64,000 nucleotides of DNA, taken from NCBI GenBank assembly GCA_964658305.1, contig OZ210884.1, forward strand, positions 3,720,001 to 3,784,000, in the 5' to 3' direction. Each line of letters opens with the position of its first letter. The first letter of the stretch is position 1. The stretch comes from Leptogorgia sarmentosa (Eukaryota). Below the pieces are notes generated by a model. It was not told where the DNA came from. It searched no databases and saw only the letters and a list, made by a program, of their open reading frames with translations. Position numbers and translations under genes: made by a program. Below are positions 50,011 through 63,913 of the stretch, one piece after another.

Positions 50011-53000
50011 ATGAAGTCGTGGGTTGTGTTTTTACTTCTTGTTAACGTTTTCCGAGTTGTTTATATGCGGATAGAACTCGAGGACTTCTATCCCTATGGA
50101 CCCCAGAATGGAGATTCGGCAGTACCGCGCAATGATGATGGAAATTCTGGTCGCGTAAATATTGGATTTCCATTTCCTTTCTTTGGCAACGACTACAATT
50201 CCTTGTTTGTAAGTAGCTCCTTTATAGAATGAGAGGGATAAACTGTTACATGTTCTGGTACAAGTAGGTAGTAAATGTTACAAGTAAATGCAGGTAGTAA
50301 CAAGATATACTTTTCTGTTATATAATACGATGATAGTGTTATTCGAGGTGAAAATAAATAGTGCGATACATAATAAATCTGAGCTATATTGAAGATCCTG
50401 GGTAAGAAATATTATTTCGTGATACGACAACACAATGTAACAATTAAGTCAGAATACAATTATGTGTTGTGAAAATTATAGCGGAGTGTTTAAACAGCAA
50501 TCTTTTTCATATTTTTAGACAGTGGTTTTTCGAAAGGTCTTGCATGCCATAAGCCATAATTGTTAGCTTCAACTCCAGCACTAATTTTTACCCCTAGCAC
50601 GGCGAATCGTCCGTCTTTCAAACCCCCCCATTGTTAGGGTATATCTGCCGAACAACTTAACTGATCATGAAGTGCCCCTGTCATAAAATTAGAATTCGAA
50701 ATTTTGAAATCTATGGTATAAAATATGGGGAAATCTGAAAACCGAATCAAAATTGCCTTTTTAGTTTAGAAGTTATTGCCGTTCAAACTTTGAATTTTGC
50801 TTTTGAAAAATCTGAAAACCGCGCAAAAGAGACTGGAACTAAATGACGCGTTTGACGTAATAGTAGGAACTCGTCTGACTGAGTAATCTAGCTGAAATAC
50901 TATTGCGTGCGCTAATATATAGAAGCTATAGCGCATAAAAATGTCACAAAACTGAACAAAATGCAGAATAGATGTGCAGTAGGATGTTGTTCTAACATGT
51001 CTAATGTCATTTATATAAAGAAATTCCGTAAGCGGATTCCGCAAATGAGGATAAAACGCGGAATTGCGCATAAACGATTGGGGAGTAGATACAAACCTAA
51101 ATGATCAACGATCGTAAACGGTCGATGTCTTCCCTGCCCGCTTTTTGCCTCGTTTATGACAAATTTGAATATATAAACTACGCTTAATCTCAACCCAAAC
51201 TATAAAATCTCAATCCTAACCATAAAGTTCGGAAAAATATTGAGAAAAAAGGGCGTGTTAACTTGAAGTCACTAACGCGAAAAAAGATTTCGAACCGGAG
51301 CTTGAACTAGAGAGATCTGAGCCAATTTCGAGCTCGCTAAAAACTCGTAAACAAAAGTATCTATAGTGGAAATGTATTATGTATCGTTTAAAACGCGAGC
51401 AGGAAAGGCATCGACCGTTTCGGAAGGCAGCGACCGTTTACCAAAGAGAAATAAACCGGCGTCGGGGATTCTCTGGAAGTGTTTGGCAAAATTCGACCCT
51501 TAATTAGGTCCACTGTATTCCATAGTATTTCCTGGTAAATTTTCATACGTTCTTTTGGCATGCCATTTCTGTAAGTGTACAAATTTAAACATAGTCTGAT
51601 ATCTATAACCCAATTGTCTGCAGCTCTCAATTATCCGAATCTCTCCTAAAAATAGGAAATACAATTGCAATTGACTTTGGCATGCATAATTTTCAACCTG
51701 AACAACAAATGAAGAAACAGTGAAGGTACGTGTACATGACTGACGTAGGTACGAATTTGAAATGTTAGCATGAAGTATCCGTCAAAAAAGAACGCCAAAC
51801 TGTCGCAGAGCACATATGTTTGTTGTTCCGTTCCGCATTCCGTTTCCGCGTTTTATCCCAACCCAGGTCTTTCATGAGGATTTCCTGTGCGGTTAAAACC
51901 ATTTGTGCTTATTGTTTGCTTAATTCTCCGTCCACATTATCAGGTATCAATAATATACCAATTGCAAATGTAGATAACTGCAGAGTGATCAACTCGAACT
52001 TGCATTCTAATTTCGACAATATTTATCTAAAAAAATCAGCCGATTTTGAAGCAAAATGAACAGTATAATTATCAACGTTTTCAAGCGTAAAATTTAGACG
52101 ATACAACTATGCAGCCTATATATAGGGTAAATGTCCTAAAATAACCAGCGATTATATCTTGATAATTGCCTTGGGAATGAATCCGAACAATTGAATACCA
52201 AGCATAAAAAGATTCCTTTAAAGTGGCCAAAAAAATGCGAAGTATTCATAACTATTTGTCCTTAAATATAATTATTGCTATAGCTATCGCAATGGTAAAA
52301 AGATATTTGAAACAAATATAAAAAATCGACACAAATTTGTCAAGAAAATACGGCAAAGAAATTTTATATCACGCTTTTAGTTCTCAACGTCCTCCAAGCT
52401 GTTTATACATGATTGCCATGCATATATATACAATATGAAACTTGAAAATTTCCATTCATGTTTGGACTAAACATTGGCGAAGGTGCAGCTGTATACCAAA
52501 CAATCATGAAGAATCTTCTGGCTTCATAGCTAATTAAATATCGAATTTCCATTCAATTTCATTAATTTTTTTCCGTACTGAGGCACGAGTTCTTGTTTGT
52601 TCAAAGATACGTATCTTTGAAGCAGGCTACTCGTTTGAACAATTTAGAATACAAATGACTGAAGGGTGCTTTGATTCCTCATTTTGATAGATATTTGCAT
52701 GCCGACCGACACTTGATTACATAGTCATACCGGCTACATTTTCTCTGGTGGGCAGGTTTAACAGGCGAATAAAAACGTTAACAATTTGAGTTAGCTAAAA
52801 CATTTCAATTAGCTACTATTAAGCCATGCAATTCCAGCGATAATTGTGTCTGTGATTACGAGCATATTTATATGAGTTTGTGGCCCCCAATCACCAATAT
52901 TCGAACGCCATTGTTACGAATAATGAAAACACTGCCACAACGACATATTATACGAATACGCTCTCCATGTTGCTCCAGCCACCCCTGCCAACACGGCAGA

Positions 53001-56000
53001 CTATCGCTATAATCTCGGCTTAAAAAGCCCGGTTAATATCGTAACAAACCACAATACAACACAATTAAGACACTACTTATGGCGGGATGTTTCTCAATTT
53101 CTACATAGGTCACAGGAAAGTCTTCTATAGGAACCATTCACAGACAGTTGATAAATCGAACAACATCTAGGCTCTAGCACAACATAACACAACACGACAC
53201 GACACAAAACAACACTGCCCAACACCACAACACAACACAACACAACACAACACAACACGACACAACACGACACAACACAACACGACACAACACAACACGA
53301 CACGACACAAAACAACACAACACAACACAACGGATACCTTATAAATGCATGTCTTGTAGAGAGATACTATCTTACATTTTTTTTAATGCAGCCGTACATC
53401 AATGATATAAATTATTCATTTCATGGCAGGTAAACGCGAATGGGGTGATCTCGTTTCTTAGCGCGGTTTCATTGTTCGCGGACTCAAATGCTTTTCCAAT
53501 TGGAAGTGATCACCGTCTCATCGCGCCATTCTGGGAAGATGCCAACACAGAAAATGGTGGTGTTATATACTACAGAGAAACTCAAGATCTTGCTACTCGA
53601 ACACGAGCTTCTGAAGAAATCAGAACGTATTTTGTTCGTCAAAGAAGGTTTTTAGCTCAATGGGTCATGATTGTGACGTGGTTGGATGTTGCTCGTTACG
53701 GCGGCAATTCCAGTCCCAGTGTAAGATCTTCTCGGTTGTTTCTCAGTCCTATATATATAAGGTTTTCCTTCCAGGGGATCTCAAGTTCGTGCGTTAGTCC
53801 ATCAGCGCTCTGGGGTCGTTTTTATCAAGGGCTAAGCCTAAGCTTAAACGGTAGATAAGTAAAACTTAGAAAAAACATACATAATATTGATTTTGTAAGT
53901 AATTCGACCTATACTGAAAAGTTTAGTTTGCTTGCAGTCAATAGTTCATACTTTCGTTGACATTTTTGATTATCCATCATTTAAGCTAGACGCCTTTGAT
54001 AGAAGCGGCCCCTGAAGGTTTGCTGCAGTATTCACTCGATTATATCTTTACGTTATTCTGTATGAAACTAGTTGAACTTTTGTAAGTATGTTTGAATAGA
54101 AGAATATAGCTCTGACATATGGACTCGAAATAAGGTATATAGAGAATATAGTATGGGAGATATATTCAGTTGTTTCAATCGGAAAATGGTTTTCTATCTG
54201 ACATCGAGTCCCAGTCCTTTTCCGTTTATTAAAATCACCTGATTGAGTTTCCACTCTCTCTTGAAAACCAAATAACCACCTTAACGAAAGATTCTTTTTC
54301 AAATGCAATGAACGATATAAGTATATAATATTTTCCCAATAGAACACGTTCCAGGTCGTATTGACAACTGATGGTATCAGCTCGTTCACAATATTTTACT
54401 ACAATAAAATCGAATGGACGTATGGGACATTAAGCAATCAAATTCCTGCTCAGGTAAATATTAAATATATAGCGATAATAGCCTGAATGAACTTTTTTCA
54501 CTCCTTTTTTGGGGGAGGTTGTTGGTTAGTAAATGAAAATACCGATATGTATCGGACAGCAGCTACCTATACCTATAGCCAACATATAATGGATTCGACT
54601 ACGTTGGCAGACGATGATGAATCAAAAACACTGGATTGAACTATTTTTAGCAATAGGAAAGTGTCAAAGGAAATAATAATGGCCACTGAAAGTACTCGTA
54701 CCAATCCCGTTCAGCGCGCACGTGATAATCACAAATTTATAGGGAAAACAAACACAAAATGGAAAAAAAAGAGAAAATATGAGGTTTATATGGGAAATTA
54801 AACGTTAATAGCCAACACGGTCACTGAATCTAAGATTACATGTTGGCTATTAGGGAAACCATATAAACCTCATATTTTCTCTTTGTGACCAAAGTTTAAA
54901 CTTCGTCTTTAGTTTTTTCGATCTGAAGATAACTCACTCTCACCCGACTCCAAGCTATAAAAACAACTAACGTATACCAGATGAAGATAGGAAGAGTAAG
55001 ATCTCATACGTTGTGTATGTCAATACAGCTCCTGTTCGTCCTATAGAGAATTTATATCCACGTGCTTTCCTTTTTTCAAATCAAAAGCAGAACGACGAGA
55101 AACAGCGGAATCATACATCCAGGGCCGTCGCTAGAACGTTAATTGGGGGGGGGGGTGCATATTCATATTTTGGCGTTCTGCCGACTGATTTCTTTAGAAA
55201 TTAATTCATAAACAACTGATTTCAAAAGAAATCAGTCGGCAGAACGCCAAAATATGAATATGCACCCCCCCCCCCCAATTAACGTTCTAGCCACGGCCCT
55301 GCATACTTCATAATTATTATTGCGTGCAACATACTAAAAGAACTCCGTCACAGAGCATATCAAAATGAAGCTTAAAATCTGTGGAATTTGCATTTGAATA
55401 GCTTTGCTGCTTGAATGTTCGAGGATATTGTAATTCCCAGAATCGCTGCATGGCCATCTACTTCGAAGCGATATAATTTGAGACAAAATTACTTGCGCTA
55501 TAATATAAATTCAGTACTTTCCGGGAAATACGAATGGCATCTCCCTTGATTCCTCTCGTAGAATTACGTAGGATGTATTAAAAATAATTTTCACTTTTTG
55601 AAATTCAACTTGAAAACACATTTGTGGCTATGAACTACATGATACAAATAATTTGACTTTTAGGTTGGTTTCAACGCAGGTGATGGAATTCGCTATTACA
55701 GTATTCCAGCCTCTCGCACTGCTGCTGTTATCAACATCACTTCGACATCAAACTGCCAAATTCCTGGTTTCTGGATCTTTCAGGTGGACGGATTTACAAT
55801 CGAAGATCCTGACTGCTCATCAAACGGTAAGATTATAATACACTTGATGACTGCTCGCAAGGGAACTAGATTATATAGTTACATTTGTTTTTTCGAAAGA
55901 GGCCTCAAGTGTTTTGTCATATAACGACGAATTAAAAATGAAAATATATTCGTATACAATTCTATTTTGTGAGTAAAAAAACAATACAATATATACAATT

Positions 56001-59000
56001 TTAAATTTAAAATCTTGCCTAGAGGTTTTCCACAGCATTTTCTGTTGCCTGTTGTGTAAATTGGTCTCTTTTAAATTCCGTAGTGTTTATTGAAAAAGCT
56101 TGAAAGAAAAAAAAACTATTTATAAACTTTCACATTCAAAGCGGCCATTTGTAATTAAGGTTCATGTGGCTGCAGATTAGCCAATCGCAGTTATCATTAC
56201 GTAATTCATTGAAAGAAAATAATGGGTATTATGGTGGTCTTAGATAAGAATCTACGAATTTAATATTTCTTTCAGCAAGGTTTACTAATTCTGAGACTCT
56301 CCTCTCACTCCTAGCTTCCAATATTTCAGCCATTGGATATTAAAACAGTCAAGGGCAAAACATTGATTTATAGGAAACAGGCATCCGATTTCAATTTGAT
56401 GATTTTTTTAGAATTGTTTTCTCGCCTTTTTTTTTACTCCTATTGTGACATCACAAATGGAATCCATGTTGAATGTAACGCTTCATCTTAAGACAAAGCT
56501 TGTGCTGGAACATCTCCAGTAACATATGTACGTTGAAATATTTGCAACATTCGTCTCATGAAATATTTTCTAGATTTCATCGAAGGTGTCATATACGATG
56601 ACTGCGTTGAAGCACACAGGACATCTTGGTAAGTATGCAACTCTTGGAAACGTAAATATTGCCAGCAGGGCAGTCACCAGAGGGTATTTGAACTGAGAGG
56701 GTGTGGATACCTGATTTTGCCGACAAATGGGCGTGTTCAATGGACGTGGCGGATCAAAACAGTTAATGATTTATCTTAGCTGCCACTATAGGTGATATAA
56801 AGGGTGTATCAAAAAAAGTTTACTGATTAAAAATATTCTTTAAACTAACGACCGCTCAAAATTTCCGACAACTTTCGGTTAGCCTGAGTAGTTTAACACC
56901 CATAACAATGTCCTCTGAATTGAGTGTTTAAGGTGTTAACCATGACAAGAATTGTGATACATTCTATTGACTTAAGCGATGGAGCTTATGATTTATTCAT
57001 CAGACCTACCTAAAAGCCGGAACAGTAAAACAGTTTTGCCGACTAATGATTGAATTGCCGACAATGGCAGAGGGGTTATTTTTTTTTGGGGGGGGGGGGT
57101 GGGTTGGTTGTCACACCCCCACCTCGCGACGCCCCTGATTGCCAGAGATTTATGAAAGCGAATCGGCGACAATGATGGCACTGCCATAAGGCAGGTTTAG
57201 GAACTGAAGGTTTAGGATCGTGAAGGTTTGAACGTCTTCTAATCCAGACTGCTTCCTAAATGGAAGTGGTTCTGCGGGTCGCAATGTGAAAAGTTGCATC
57301 TGATAGTTCGTTAGTAATTAATTCTTTCTATGTACGTATATAGTGTATTTGTCTAACATTTAGGGATCGCAGTAATTGGCGCAAGCTGTTGCGAATGCCC
57401 TGCCAGTTTTTGAGTTAACGTTGTTCAAATCTGGCAAAGTTAATAAATAAATAAAAGGCAGTAAGAGGCTCTTAAGATTTGGGTGAATTGTGAGAATAAA
57501 GCATAGAAGTGCAGAAAATTGAGAAATGATTTGAAAACAAAACAAGTTTGTAGATACATTCCTCCGACTTAATTCATGCATATTTTTGCTACACGTGAGG
57601 TAAGGGGATGGCTTGATCCACCAGTTCTAGGCATTAGTGGAGACGAATATTTAATTGACCCCCCCCCCCCCCACTTTTTACCATTTTAGTTTTCTTGACT
57701 ATAGTCATTATACAAGTTATACAGTTATATCATTAATACTTAATGGCAGCAATCTTTCATTCGTACACCGGAACGAGCCTACCAAAGACGTATAGTTGAT
57801 GACTCTGATTGAAATGGTTGCTTCCAGAAATTCAGACGTTTTAAATGCTCAAAGTTTTGGTCGTTGAGCGCCAACGTTAGATCAGGTTTAAAACACCCCT
57901 CCTGGAGTACCTGTAGAAACGAACTTGCAGCAGGGATGTATGAAAGTTTTAAACACAAGGAAAATAAGAAACCGTCCCGTCCACTTTCAAGAATGCATTT
58001 TCGCCCTTGTTCTATGACGCTTATCATATTAAATTTGCAGCGATGCCAGATCCGGTACTTACAGCATAAAAGCACGAAATGGTGACGGCCACACGCCTTC
58101 TCTGTGCGTCCGTGAAGAAGATACGAATTCTTGCCAAGGAAACGGATGGACCTTCGTTGGTTACTCAAATGGGAAAGCATCAACGGTAAAAAATGTTAAT
58201 GTTGCAAATTCTGTAAAATGTGCATCAGTCCTGCTACTTTTTTATATAATACCACCGAGTTATGTACTAATTGGAACGCGATCCCGATCCCCTGCGACAT
58301 GAAACGTGGATGTGAGGGAAGCATATCAAGCGTTGAAGGATTTGCTCATTGGGCCCGCTGCGCATGCGCATGCGCTAGGTGCGTAATGAGGTCAAAACTA
58401 AAACAGAGAGACAACGGCCAATTGGGCATTAACTTCAAAATACGAAGCACACGTTACCCATGCATTGTATAATACTAGAATTTTTTATTAAAAAGCGATT
58501 CCATTTTGAAAAATTGAATTTATTTCTAGGACAGCACAGGGTATGACGCCGGACGATGGACGACGTCCCAGAATCCTTATCTGCTGGCCTCCACGCATTT
58601 TGATGCCAATGTTACCGAAGTTTGTTTGTCTTCCGAGAGTTTTGGAATTTCTTTCCCTGTCAACGCACCGAACTTCCACAGTTTATTCTTTGAAAAGCAA
58701 ATTCTTGACCTAAATCCCGAAGACTGGATAAATGCTATAACGGAGGATGTTGTTTCTGTCAATAACTTTCAGGAGGGCTGTTTTGAAATAGGGTTCAATG
58801 TGGGTGACGAGAATGAGATACAAGCACGTATTGGAGTTGTGACCAAAAACAATCCAGGTTCGTGGTTTCTTTACGTTTCCGATTTGCTAATATTAAGACT
58901 AACTTTTTTACTTTAAACGTAATTAATGGCAAAACTTCGTATTTATTTTAAAGAATGAATAAAGGATTTATTAAAACAGTCGAGAATCGTTTCCGGTCGA

Positions 59001-59469
59001 GTTCCCCATGCTTTTTAGCCAATCATTTCCATTGGTTTGTGGTCCGTTATTTCCAAAACGGAACCTCTAACAGCCACAATCCCGCAAACACAATAGAAAA
59101 GTTCTAAATTGAATTAGTTACTATATATTATTCCCATTTTATTTAATTAAGGTGAAACATTCAAAATCATTGCGTTTTCTGAACTGCCATATTGCTCATC
59201 CGTTACCTTCGTAATGCTCTGCATTGAAAACATTATTTTTTTTCACTATCAGATGAATGATGATTATCGCTAAAATTTCTGAACTTTTTTCGATTTATAT
59301 AGATTGCAACTTGCAAGAAGTTCAAGCTATTGGAATCGGCATACGTGTTGCTGGGAAAGATTATAACAGTGTACATGGCGTGGTTGTCGGCGAGAATCTG
59401 GCACTTGCTTATCAAAATTTCCGAATGTTTGTGCGATCTCGTCAATGGACGCCAGTCCCGTTGGCCTAA
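50011..59469 (+). CDS. Secreted NIDO-domain + fibrinogen-related (USOMP5-like) domain protein, copy B (485 aa)
   Basis: Exons 50011-50208, 53430-53720, 54343-54453, 55664-55826, 56574-56628, 58041-58185, 58530-58857, 59303-59469 (1458 nt). Frame and splice sites are intact. Confidence 0.9.
50670..51860 (+). mobile_element. Copy-B-specific intron 1 segment with a THAP-like ORF remnant (DNA transposon relic)
   Basis: Does not align to unit A. 50961-51104 reads MQNRCAVGCCSNMSN..., resembling the N-terminal C-x4-C of THAP zinc fingers. Confidence 0.4.
53178..53330 (+). repeat. (CACAA/CACGA)n microsatellite, longer than in unit A (about 39815-39875)
   Basis: Direct reading. It accounts for the spurious CCVVL ORF 53094-53330. 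Confidence 0.95.
55120..55301. mobile_element. Young hAT-type MITE (182 bp) in intron 3 of gene B
   Basis: Near-perfect arms of about 75 nt, CAGGGCCGTCGCTAGAACGTTAATTG... and ...CAATTAACGTTCTAGCCACGGCCCTG. 8-bp TSD CATACATC/CATACTTC. Empty site CATACTTC at 41578-41585 in unit A. Confidence 0.92.
56639..57778. mobile_element. Composite 1.14-kb segment in intron 5 of gene B, absent from unit A
   Basis: Unit A reads GTAAGTATGC|CTACCAAAGAC contiguously. The segment holds poly-G/poly-C MITE-like ends (GCGACGCCCCTG near 57137) and an AGGGTGTATCAAAAAAA Tc1-like TIR fragment. Confidence 0.6.
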
Positions 59470-62400
59470 TAAGAGCGACAGGAAATGTCACATTGACGTT
59501 ATACCTCAGTATTGTTAATTATACCTTTATATACCTCAGTATTATTAATTATACCTTTACATACCTCAGTATTATTAATCCCACAACCTTCCTTGGACAT
59601 ATATTGCACCTGCACGTTAAATGTATCGCTATGTAGCCACATTTTAAATGTCAGGAGTCAGTCCGGCCGAAAAATGGGGAGCTGGAGTTGTACGTAGTTA
59701 TCCAACTTTTTGCAAGTCATTAAAGTAAAAGAATATCGAGTGCTACTCATTTCTCTTAAAATCTGTTCCAGATATTGTTGTGAATTGTTAGTAGGTTTTT
59801 CGACATAATCATACTTAGAATAAGTCTGTAAAAATGCGCCTTGATAATGTCTTAATTATTGTGATTACTTTATTTTTCTACACTGTGGGCAAAGTAATGA
59901 TAAATAATTATTTGCATTTTTGCATTTATCATCTAATTTTGCATTTTTTACTCTATTTTGTGAAATTAAAGAGTATGCAGCGCATTAAAAACTGTACCGC
60001 GTACAAAAACTCCAATTTCTTTGATCTTGGTGAAAAACCAGGGGGCCTGAAAAACGTTGTCTACTTCAAGTTGAAATTTTCTCTTCATAATACGCATCAG
60101 TTAATGTTGATGCAAACCAAGTAACAACAAACTTGCATTAACAACAAACCTGTTCAGTGTTTCCATCCATATAGTCGTTTCTCCGTATTTTTCTGCCTTT
60201 TTTAGGATTTGTCGCATGTCAGGAGCCTTTTGTGGTTGTTATTACAGCAATCGTCTTCGTGTTTAGGAAGCATTGCCTTAATTCTGTTCGCTTTCATGAC
60301 AATTGGCCATATTTTTGGAATCTGCGTAGACTCCTACAAGCATGCAACAAGCAAAACCGTCCATGACATTTATAATGACTTTGCAGTCCGCTATGAGCGT
60401 GAATATAGCTTGACAGAATTTAATAGGACCCTGGTCTCTGTGAGACGGCGCTTACCGCTGCCGTGACACTTTGGCTTGGGGAAAATGGTCAAAACGAGCC
60501 AATTGAGAAATAATTTCTTCGTTATAATTTATGAGTAAAATGAATATAGTCCCTATTGAATTGAACTTCTGAATTTTTATGTTTTTGGCTGATAGAGCAT
60601 TACCCGAGTGATTTCAGGCAAATGATTTTTTAATGCAAATGCAAGAACTATATTAAAATGAAAACGCTAAGATATTTTACGTTTTGATCAATTTACTTTT
60701 TCAGTTTATTGCAGACATGGTGTCCCAAAAGAACGGAACCCGCATAAATAATTATGTAGCTACTTATTAAAAACGAGATCGTTTCGTAGTATCACAGTAC
60801 TTTTATCCTGTTTTGTTTTTTTTACAAAATATGAAATCCAAAAGGAACAGAAATATGAAGCTCGTTAAACTAATGTGAATAATAATTACATTATTTGGAA
60901 TAAGAATTTTGGACCAAATGGTTGTAATTAATGCGCAATAAATCACACGGGCTTTTGGCTTGAAAAATAATTTATTGTAGTATAATTTGCTTTTTTACAA
61001 AGTGTAACAAATAATAAATAACATCATAGATACATAATTTTCTGTGAGTATATTGTACTTACATCGTATTCGTATATATTGTAAATTTACAGTAAAGTAA
61101 TATATTATTATTACACATTTACTAATTAAATCTTCTCTCATTATAAGGTTCTTTCTAGACGACTCTCACACAGATTAAATACTTGTCGTTTCACAAGGTT
61201 GCAAAACGACCGAAAAAGAAAATGCGAATGAAGTAGTCTTCCAAACAATGAAAACATTTTTTTGATCAATTTATGAATGCCGTTGATAATGCAAAGAGTT
61301 TTTGTGAACGATTCGTTTGTATTCTGTTTTTAGTATTTTTTTATTAATTTTGGTTAATTTGTCAATTATTAGCGAATTGGTTTTTGAAAATTAGCTACAA
61401 TCACGATTGAAGGTCGAGCTTTCATTTTTATTCAGAAATGACATTAGGTTCTTTGAAACTGGTAGACGTTATGTTGATAACAATGTCTGAAAGCCGAGAA
61501 AATCTTTACTGAAGCATTCACTGTTATCCAACACCATTTCTAGTAAGCTGCAAAGAACCTATTGTCGAAATCGTACATCGAGCCCCACAATCAAGTGTAT
61601 ACAAAAATATCTCTGCTACAAGAAATGAACATACAATATTTCCATAATATTAAAATACAAGAGTATACCAACAAATCTAGCAAACCATTTTTGTGGTAAA
61701 GAAAGATACTGTAACCATTTTTGCTGTTATAAGTCTTTAATACACGTTTAGACGATTTATGCTACAACGTATACGAAAGAAGCGTACTATGTGCTCAATT
61801 CACGTGGTTGACCTGACGAGAAAACAGTTTTATTTATCAACTTCTTAAGAAAACCCCCAATGTTTTCGCTGGTTCTTCGAAAATTCTGATGTTTTTTACC
61901 TTTTTTGTTAGCCACGTTGTGTCGCAACTCAAGCACATGATAAACTCCTCAGTATCTGACGTGCGTGGTACATTAAATAGTTTTTAACGAAAATTAATTA
62001 AAATTTGGCTATAGAATTTTGTTTTCTATTCATAAACGTAATAAAGAGAAACGAATTCATCAAAATACCAGCAAATTTTGCCATAAAACCTTTTATAGGG
62101 AAAATGTGGTACATTGAATAGTCTAATAATATACAAATACACATTAATTAAAATTTGGCAATTCTGGCTGATTTCGCTTTTGTTTACTGGGTTACTGTTC
62201 ACAAATGTAAACAATGGCACAAGAATGTAGCAGAAAACCAATTAATTTTGTCACCATCAAAAGTTTAAAATTCTCCACCATGCAATTTTCACGCAACTTG
62301 TAAGTGAAAATTATTTCATGATCATGCTTTGTTTTGGGAAGAAAAAAATTGATGTGTTTTAATCGGAATTCAGAATAATACGAATTTACTTTTTGGATTA

Positions 62401-63147
62401 AAAAGTTGAGAAAAATTGTAATAGTTGAGGTGTTACAAAGCGACGAAATTTCAAGCATTGCGAAGTTAAATTGAAACAAAAATCGGCAGTAATGCAACAT
62501 ATGGCGTAATTTGACAAAGAAAACAGTAGTCAGAAGCGACGCTGCGAGGCTGATTGCGAGAGAGTATAATTTTGCAACTACAATGGCAAACTTTCAATGT
62601 TTAGGATAAAAAGCTTATCGCTGTAAACTATACGGGGGAGGGGAGTCATACCATTAATAAAATTCATACCACATGGGAAATTTTGATAAACACTGGTCCA
62701 ATCGAATCTTTTTGACAATATGTTGGAAATTTATTCGTTATTTGTTGCCTGAAAAGTTTTGCGTGAGTATTGTGAATGCAATAATTTGTTAATTGACTTT
62801 ATGCTACTTCATTATCCAAAGAGAGTGCAAGTAGGCAGAGTGTTAAGGTTGTTGAGAAAATAAAAATAAAAATGTTGGATGAAATGTTTAAAAATGTTCA
62901 AAACCACGATACATGCAACCCAAAATAATATTCATGAAAAAATACATCTTACGAATGCTTCTTTTGAAAATTTGCGCAAAATATTCCTAAGCAATTAAAG
63001 GATGCGTTAAAACTTGCATATAAACTTATATAAACCTAACCTTTCTTTTTTCTTTCCTTTTTTTTCTTTTTTCTTTTATTTTTATCTTCACTTCAATGCA
63101 CGATATAGTTGTTGAGATTCCCACTAATAGCAAATCTATATTTTCAG

Positions 63148-63553
63148 CCATCGAATACTGTGGCACATGCAAGGGGCCTACCGTAAAGCCTGCATGTGGA
63201 CATCTGGTCCACTTGCAGGATGTGAGCGATCTTCCCTTCGGGGAAAGATTTCTATGTTCTGTGTGCAAGTATGTCTCAAATACATTCTTTGATATACAAT
63301 TAGAAAATACACTCTTGACAATTACTAACTTTTCATGTCTTCTTCTTGTTTTTTGTTGTAATAGAAAATTCGATCACAGAGTCTCGTCGTTATTATAAAC
63401 GACTTTAATTTTTGGATAGATTTACTCAAGTATGTATGAAGATTTACGCTATCTATGCATTAAATGACAACAGTATCACAAGATCTACAATTTTTATTTA
63501 TATATTTATTTGTTTTCTCTTACAGTGTTTTCATGGTTGCAATGAAAAAGTAA
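63148..63553 (+). CDS. RING-like zinc-binding microprotein, paralogue 2 (first exon not located)
   Basis: Exons 63148-63268 and 63526-63553 give IEYCGTCKGPTVKPACGHLVHLQDVSDLPFGERFLCSVCNVFMVAMKK*. AATAAA near 63563. Intron flanks align with 35030-35690. Confidence 0.7.
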
Positions 63554-63913
63554 ATTGTCAGTAATAAATGTTCAAAACCAATACATTTGTGTGTGTGTTT
63601 TTATTTCACCGGCGCCATATGTGCGGGGTAATACTACAACCCATTCTACTACCCTATTATAGGTAATTTATTAACACCAATTTTGAAAAATTAAATTATT
63701 TAGATTAAATGACTCGTCAAATTTATGTCGCGTTAATTTAGTGCATCGTTAACTTCCTATAATGACGTGTGTATGATATAATTGTTATTCTTAATTATTA
63801 TTCGTTATACAAAAAAAAAAACAAAACAAAAAAACTTCAGCATACGTCACAAAACTTTAGCTATATATACGCGCATACATGTAAGGCTTCGCATTTCTCA
63901 ACACGTACTCAGT

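Larger units (their letters stand above)
47992..61370 (+). repeat. Tandem segmental duplication, unit B
   Basis: Colinear with unit A, plus extra or replaced segments at 48075-48862, about 50670-51860, 55120-55301 and 56639-57778. Confidence 0.95.

Noticed and set aside
53094..53330. Cys/Val-rich 78-aa ORF
   Set aside because: Translation of a pentanucleotide microsatellite.
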